A stretch of DNA of 36,852 nucleotides from Actinobacteria bacterium UBA3086 (GTDB lineage Bacteria; Actinomycetota; Coriobacteriia; Anaerosomatales; UBA3086). Below, piece after piece: positions 31,654 to 36,852 of the stretch; positions within the stretch are counted from its first letter, which is position 1; each line of letters opens with the position of its first letter. The translations under genes and the position numbers were made by a program. The notes beneath the pieces are model-generated. The model ran no database searches, was not told the DNA's origin, and saw nothing but the letters and a program-made list of their open reading frames with translations. Where the stretch lies: NCBI GenBank assembly GCA_002367305.1, contig DFBG01000162.1, forward strand, positions 1 to 36,852, read 5' to 3'.

Positions 31654-33363
31654 ATGCGCCGTTTTGGTACGTGGCTGTTGTTCATTGTGGCGATGATCGT
31701 GACGCTGGGCTCCGCATACGGGGCTTACACGTTGGCCGGCTATTCGTGGTCTCAGGTAGTGGACTACCGGAGCCCATTCGCTGACTATGATCGCCCGTGG
31801 ATCAACGAGAGCGGGCCTGCCATCAGAGGGGGCTCAGCCTCTGCCGAGGACACCGTGACACCTGAGTCCAGGCGCGTAGTGCTCGTCATTATCGACGGCC
31901 TGCGTATGGATGCATCGACGACCATGACCTCCCTGGACATTCTGCGCGGCTATGGTGCTGATATGGCAGCCACCACGCCTCAACCCTCACTTTCGTTCCC
32001 GACGTGGACCACCATCCTGTCCGGAGCGCCGCCGCAGATCAGCGGCGTGCCGACCAACTGGTTCGAGAATCCCGTGCCGGTGGAAACTCTGTTCGACACG
32101 TCGCTTGCAGCCGGAAAGACCGTGGTTGTCTCCGCGCCTGACGACTTCTCCATGCTCTACGAGGCGGAGCGCGCCGATGGCTCATATTTCGAGTCATGGA
32201 AAGAGGATGAGTACATGTCCACCCGTATGGTGGACAACGCGATCTCTCTCGTCGCAGAGCACGATCCTGAGCTCCTCGTAGTACATCTTCCTGATGCCGA
32301 TGAGGCTGGTCATCAGTATGGATCGGACTCGGATGAGTATCGTTCCACAGTGGGACAGATCGATGCTGATCTCTCGCGTCTGGTCCAGGCCTTGCAGGAT
32401 GATCGAACCGCATTCGTCATCTGCGCCGATCATGGGCACATCCCGACAGGTGGTCACGGCGGTTGGGAGCGGGATGTCACGGTCGTTCCGGCGATATTCA
32501 CGGGCGCGGGCGTTCGTCTCAACAGTGGCTCGATCGATCAGATAGATATCGCTCCTACGGTAGCGGCGCTGCTCGATATTGATATTCCGCGTAACGCAAT
32601 GGGCAGGGTTCGCGGCGAGGTTCTGCTCGCGGGTGAGGAGTACGCCGAGGAGTTCGGATCTGCTCACTACTCCGCCTTCGCTGAGGAGTATGTCGCGACT
32701 CTGGGAGGCACGACCGGGTTCTCTATCAAGTCGTCCACTGATGCACGCGCGGCGATCGATGCGATGACGCAGGAACGCGAGGACAGCGATCGCAACGATC
32801 GACTTGCGATGGCGCTCGCATTGGTGGGAGCTGCACTCGGTGCACTCGTCGTACTCGGCCTGGGCTCGTGGCGTGCCTTAGTGGCGGCGTCGGCGGGAAC
32901 GGCTGCGTACTATGCGATCTACAATGGCCTCTACTTCGTTTTTCACGGACATCAGTGGTCCCTATCGGCATTCAACAGTGAGGATCTCGTGGAGGCGTTC
33001 TTCAACCTCCGGATGATCGAGGCTACGGTGGCAGCCGTGCTTGGAGTCATCGTTGCCGGCGTCGTGTATCCGTACCTCAGGCGGCACCCCCAGGGACCGC
33101 GCCAGGGCTTCTTGGGTGGATGGCTCGCCCTGGGAACTGCCACGGTTCTTACCATGCAGGCGACGTTGGCGTTCCAGGTCGCATGGTTCCTCTGGCGCTA
33201 TGGGGCAGAGATCTCCTGGAGGCTGCCGAACCTCAAGTGGGGCTTCAAGTACGATCTCGATCTCATCCAAATGACCGGACTCGGAGCGGCGGTATTGGTC
33301 GCGCCGTTGGTCACGTACCTCGTCGGGCGGTATCATCCCAGAGTACGGCGCGCGACCGAGTAG
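31654..33363 (+). CDS. alkaline-phosphatase-superfamily (type I phosphodiesterase/NPP-like) membrane protein
   Basis: N-terminal TM helix, then a catalytic domain with IIDGLRMD, SLSFPTWTTILSG, DADEAGHQYG and CADHGH, then about five C-terminal TM helices. Confidence 0.7.
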   Translation: MRRFGTWLLFIVAMIVTLGSAYGAYTLAGYSWSQVVDYRSPFADYDRPWINESGPAIRGGSASAEDTVTPESRRVVLVIIDGLRMDASTTMTSLDILRGYGADMAATTPQPSLSFPTWTTILSGAPPQISGVPTNWFENPVPVETLFDTSLAAGKTVVVSAPDDFSMLYEAERADGSYFESWKEDEYMSTRMVDNAISLVAEHDPELLVVHLPDADEAGHQYGSDSDEYRSTVGQIDADLSRLVQALQDDRTAFVICADHGHIPTGGHGGWERDVTVVPAIFTGAGVRLNSGSIDQIDIAPTVAALLDIDIPRNAMGRVRGEVLLAGEEYAEEFGSAHYSAFAEEYVATLGGTTGFSIKSSTDARAAIDAMTQEREDSDRNDRLAMALALVGAALGALVVLGLGSWRALVAASAGTAAYYAIYNGLYFVFHGHQWSLSAFNSEDLVEAFFNLRMIEATVAAVLGVIVAGVVYPYLRRHPQGPRQGFLGGWLALGTATVLTMQATLAFQVAWFLWRYGAEISWRLPNLKWGFKYDLDLIQMTGLGAAVLVAPLVTYLVGRYHPRVRRATE

Positions 33364-33449
33364 CAGTTCGTGCGTGCGTTTTCTGCAATCTGACCGTTCC
33401 GCTGGGTATTCTCTCGGCGCTGAACGTTGATGCTGGAAGGGGCGTGCTC

Positions 33450-34943
33450 ATGGCGTTCAAGGATCTGCGCGAGTACATCGCGCTGCTCGAGTCAAAAGGT
33501 CAGCTCAAAAGGGTTACTGCGGCTCTCGACCCCGTGCTTGAGATTGGTGAAGTGACCGATCGCGTGAGCAAGAAGGGTGGCCCCGGCCTTCTGTTCGAGA
33601 ATCCCGTGAACCGAGAGACTGGCGAGGCGTACGACATGCCGGTCGCGATCAATCTCATGGGCAGTTACGACCGCATGGCGTGGGCCTTGGGCGTCGACTC
33701 CGAAACGGGTACCTGGAAGGGTCTCGATGAGGTCGCCCAGCGACTCATGGATTTGCTGCCTCTGGACATGCCTGCGAGCGTCAAGGGTAAGCTCGACGTG
33801 CTCATGGGGCTCAAGGATCTTGCCGGCGCAGGCGCCAAGGAGGTCAAAGCCAGCAAGGCTCCCTGCCAGCAGGTGGTCCTGCGTGGCGACGAAGTCGATC
33901 TCACCAAGCTTCCCGTGCTCACGACGTGGCCTGAGGACGGTGGCCCGTTCGTGACGCTGCCGCTCGTGGTCACGAGCAATCTCAAGGGTCGTCCCAATGT
34001 GGGCATGTACCGCCTTCAGATCTTCGACAAGAACACGACCGGGCTGCACATCCACTTCCATCACGACGGCAACAAGAACCTCCGTGAATGGAAGGCCGCC
34101 GGACATGATCGGGTGCCTGTCTCCGTCGCTCTGGGTGCCGATCCGTCCACCATCTTCTCGGCTACCGCTCCCGTGCCGCCCATGATCGACGAGTATCTGT
34201 TCTCTGGCATTCTGCGCGGCGAGCCCGTCGAGGTCGTCAAATGCGTGACCAACGACCTCATGGTGCCGGCCAATGCAGAGATCGTGCTCGAGGGATGGTG
34301 CGACCCGGACGAACTGCGCTGGGAAGGCCCCTTTGGCGACCACACGGGCTACTATTCGCTTGCCGACGACTTTCCGGTGTTCCATGTCGAGGCGATCACC
34401 CGCAGGAGTGATGCGATCTATCCGGCCACCATTGTCGGCCAGCCGCCCATGGAGGACTGTTTCCTGGGCAAGGCCACCGAGCGACTGTTCCTGCCCGTCA
34501 TCAAGGCCATGATGCCCGAGGTGATCGACTACGATCTGCCTCTGGAGGGCGTGTTCCATAACTGTGTGATCTTCCAGATCGACAAGGAGTTCCCCGGCCA
34601 GGCGCAGCGTGTCATGAACTTCGCGTGGTCCATGGGCCAGATGATGCTTACCAAGTTCGTCATCGTGGTCGACAAAGAGGTCGACTGCCATGACTACTCG
34701 GCCGTGGCGTGGCGCTGCTTCAACAACGTCGATCCCAACAGGGACCTGCTCATGAGCAAGGGTCCCCTCGACAAGCTCGACCACTCAAGCAACTTCGAGT
34801 CCTACGGCTACAAGCTGGGTATCGACGCGACCCGTCCGTTGCCAGGAGAAGGACATGATCGTGAGTGGCCCGAACCCATGGAGATGACACCCGAGGTCAA
34901 GTCTCGTATCGATGCGATGTGGGGTGACCTGGGACTTGAGTAG
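33450..34943 (+). CDS. UbiD-family prenylated-FMN-dependent decarboxylase (menaquinone late step)
   Basis: MAFKDLREYIALLESKGQLKRV is the typical UbiD N-terminus, and UbiD-like sequence continues over the full length. The ORF-track start 33120 overlaps the upstream gene and is rejected. Confidence 0.9.
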   Translation: MAFKDLREYIALLESKGQLKRVTAALDPVLEIGEVTDRVSKKGGPGLLFENPVNRETGEAYDMPVAINLMGSYDRMAWALGVDSETGTWKGLDEVAQRLMDLLPLDMPASVKGKLDVLMGLKDLAGAGAKEVKASKAPCQQVVLRGDEVDLTKLPVLTTWPEDGGPFVTLPLVVTSNLKGRPNVGMYRLQIFDKNTTGLHIHFHHDGNKNLREWKAAGHDRVPVSVALGADPSTIFSATAPVPPMIDEYLFSGILRGEPVEVVKCVTNDLMVPANAEIVLEGWCDPDELRWEGPFGDHTGYYSLADDFPVFHVEAITRRSDAIYPATIVGQPPMEDCFLGKATERLFLPVIKAMMPEVIDYDLPLEGVFHNCVIFQIDKEFPGQAQRVMNFAWSMGQMMLTKFVIVVDKEVDCHDYSAVAWRCFNNVDPNRDLLMSKGPLDKLDHSSNFESYGYKLGIDATRPLPGEGHDREWPEPMEMTPEVKSRIDAMWGDLGLE

Positions 34944-35874
34944 TACCGCCCAGGAAAATCTCGGCTTCGGCGCGCGGGTGAGTGGCAAGATCGCGATCTT
35001 CCTCGAGCTCGTCAAGTTCGAGCACAGTATCTTCGCGCTTCCGTACGCCTTCATCGGTGCGATCTATGGAGCCGCCTCGCTTGGAGGTTCTAACGATTGG
35101 GTCACCGCCAGCGGATGGCCCACGTGGTCGGCGATCCTCTGGGTGACCGTGGCCATGGTGGGCGCTCGAAGCTTTGCGTTCGTGGTCAATAGGGCCGCCG
35201 ACAAGGAGATCGACGCTCGTAACCCTCGCACTGCGGGCAGGGCGGTTCCTGCCGGGCTGATCAAGGCGTGGGAGCTCTGGCTGTTCTCAGGCCTGGTGCT
35301 CGCGGCGTTCCTGTTCGCTGTCTGGCAGCTCGATCCCATCACTCGCATGCTCTGGCCGTTCGTACTCGTGGCATTTCTGATATATCCCTACACCAAACGC
35401 TTCACATGGCTGTGTCACTACTGGCTGGGACTTTGCCTCGGTCTCGCACCCGTGGGAGCGTGGGTCGCAGTGACGGGCTTGGTGAGCGATCCTGCGCCGT
35501 GGGTCTTTGGTGCCGCCGTGGCACTCTGGACCGCTGGGTTCGATATCATCTACGCTACACAGGATGTCGAGTGTGATATCCGCGACGGGGTCCATAGCGT
35601 GCCGGCTGACCTGGGCGTGGCGCCGGGTCTCGTTCAGACCAAAGTCACGCATGTGGCCACCGTCGGGTTGCTCGTGCTGGGCGGGCTGCTCGTAGGCGCA
35701 GGTTGGCCCCTGTACGTCGCGGTGACCGTCGCGGCGGTTCTGCTCGCGTATGAGAACATGATCATCAGCGCCGACGATCTTTCACGCGTCAACGCTGCCT
35801 TTTTCACCACCAATGGTGTCATTGCCGTCATCATTTTCGTCGGCACTCTCGCAGATCGATTTCTCGCAACGTAA
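34912..35874 (+). CDS. UbiA-family aromatic prenyltransferase (menaquinone late step)
   Basis: Multi-TM protein with NRAADKEIDARNPRT (first Asp-rich motif) and YATQDVECD (second motif). The start is uncertain (ATG 34912, TTG 34936 or GTG 34978). Confidence 0.85.
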   Translation: MRCGVTWDLSSTAQENLGFGARVSGKIAIFLELVKFEHSIFALPYAFIGAIYGAASLGGSNDWVTASGWPTWSAILWVTVAMVGARSFAFVVNRAADKEIDARNPRTAGRAVPAGLIKAWELWLFSGLVLAAFLFAVWQLDPITRMLWPFVLVAFLIYPYTKRFTWLCHYWLGLCLGLAPVGAWVAVTGLVSDPAPWVFGAAVALWTAGFDIIYATQDVECDIRDGVHSVPADLGVAPGLVQTKVTHVATVGLLVLGGLLVGAGWPLYVAVTVAAVLLAYENMIISADDLSRVNAAFFTTNGVIAVIIFVGTLADRFLAT

Positions 35875-35893
35875 CTACTGAAAGGGCTTTGAC

Positions 35894-36490
35894 ATGGGAC
35901 GATATGTGGTCGCGATCACCGGCGCATCCGGAAGCGTGTATGGGTTGCGTCTCATTGAGCAGCTATTGCTTGCCGGCAACGAGGTCGTGTACACCGCCAC
36001 ACATGCGGGGCGCGACGTCATGGGCTTTGAGGTCGGCTTTGATATTCCACCAGAGCAGCCTGCTGAGGCGCTGCTCGAGTTTCTTGAGCTCGATAAGTCG
36101 CTGCCGCTGCGTCATGCGTGCGGCGAGGATCTGTTCGACCCCATAGCTTCCGGATCGCACTCCATGGACGGCATGATCGTGTGTCCTGCGTCCATGGGCT
36201 TCTGCGGCTCGGCAGCGCACGGACTTGCGTCGAATCTGCCCGAGCGCGCGGCAGATGTCATGCTCAAGGAGCGCAGGCGACTCGTGTTGGTCCCTCGCGA
36301 GACGCCGTTCTCGCTTATACACCTGCGCAATTTGACCTCATTGGCAGAGGCGGGAGCCGTAGTCGTTCCGGCGATGCCGGCGTTCTACACGCGACCCACT
36401 ACGCTCGACGAGGCCGTCAACTTCGTAGTGGGCAAGGTGCTTGATGTGCTTGGCGTGCAGCATGAACTCTTTCCTCGGTGGGGCGAGTAG
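35894..36490 (+). CDS. ubiX: flavin prenyltransferase UbiX
   Basis: MGRYVVAITGASGSVYGLRL, MIVCPASM and LVLVPRETP are the UbiX/Pad1 signatures. Confidence 0.9.
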   Translation: MGRYVVAITGASGSVYGLRLIEQLLLAGNEVVYTATHAGRDVMGFEVGFDIPPEQPAEALLEFLELDKSLPLRHACGEDLFDPIASGSHSMDGMIVCPASMGFCGSAAHGLASNLPERAADVMLKERRRLVLVPRETPFSLIHLRNLTSLAEAGAVVVPAMPAFYTRPTTLDEAVNFVVGKVLDVLGVQHELFPRWGE

Positions 36491-36493
36491 CCC

Positions 36494-36852
36494 GTGACTC
36501 AGAAAGAAACACGCACTGAGGGCACGACTCGTCGACTGGGGCAGATGCTCCCTGCATATTCGCGTTTCGTGGTCGGGCTGCCGGTGATCGGGCTGTTCGT
36601 CGGTGCTGTCACGCTTGTAGTGCTGGCCACGGTCGAGGTTGGTCGTGCTGTCGTGCATGCGATCCAGGGTGACCTGTCCAAGAAGGCCGCAGTTCTCGAG
36701 TTCATTGAACTGGCCGACGTGTTCCTGCTCGCAACTGTGCTCTACATCATGGCCATGGGTCTCTACGAGTTGTTCATCGATGACGACGTGCCGGTACCTG
36801 CTTGGCTGGAGATCCACACTCTCGATGATCTCAAGGAGAAGCTCGTCGGCGT
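36494..36852 (+). CDS. YqhA-family (UPF0114) membrane protein, N-terminal part (3' end outside window)
   Basis: Not in the ORF track because no stop falls in the window. My own translation from GTG 36494 is open to the window end: ...LEFIELADVFLLATVLYIMAMGLYELFIDDDVPVPAWLEIHTLDDLKEKLVG, the pattern of YqhA-like proteins. An alternative start is ATG 36545. Confidence 0.6.
   Translation, partial: MTQKETRTEGTTRRLGQMLPAYSRFVVGLPVIGLFVGAVTLVVLATVEVGRAVVHAIQGDLSKKAAVLEFIELADVFLLATVLYIMAMGLYELFIDDDVPVPAWLEIHTLDDLKEKLVG

Noticed and set aside
33120-33449. N-terminal 110-aa extension of the UbiD ORF
   Set aside because: It overlaps the 3' end of the upstream membrane-protein gene in another frame. 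The canonical UbiD N-terminus MAFKDLREYI starts at 33450, after a GGAAGGGG RBS.
33492-34784. 430-aa ORF on the minus strand
   Set aside because: It is entirely antisense to the well-supported UbiD-family gene. Long shadow ORFs are expected in high-GC DNA, and this one has no recognisable motifs.

Overview
High-GC (roughly 60%) bacterial chromosomal segment. It is gene-dense and mostly on the + strand. I saw no transposase, integrase, CRISPR array or rRNA. Gene order: gpmI (partial) and secG; a five-gene family-5 (Opp/Dpp/Nik-type) ABC importer; tRNA-Leu(GAG); a convergent membrane PAS-GAF-PP2C phosphatase; a radical-SAM pair with an aminotransferase and a PHP phosphoesterase; a membrane-anchored ferrochelatase-like gene divergent from a trxA-fmdB-DUF302 operon; and a CsoR-family repressor divergent from a CDF-EamA transporter pair. 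Both of these promoter regions carry the same ATACCCC-N2/3-GGGGTAT operator. An 18-kb co-directional run follows: rpoN, a histidine kinase and an NtrC-type activator; a full-consensus -24/-12 promoter; a four-gene envelope metal/thiol operon (Zn-ribbon membrane protein, HMA protein, cupredoxin-like protein, CcdA); a HAMP-3xGAF-PP2C phosphatase; a single-polypeptide STAS-RsbW fusion; a GT28 glycolipid synthase; a nitroreductase; a HAD hydrolase; a PigN-like phosphodiesterase-family membrane protein; the UbiD/UbiA/UbiX late menaquinone genes; and a partial YqhA-family gene. The best candidates for something undescribed are three. First, the self-contained sigma-54 cassette (sigma factor, sensor, activator, promoter and target operon colinear) in a context that otherwise looks actinobacterial. 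Second, the orphan partner-switching module with fused STAS-kinase and no sigma-factor target in view. Third, a CsoR-family regulon that covers thioredoxin/DUF302 and a CDF exporter instead of copZA. All functional calls come from reading motifs by eye. No database search was run.
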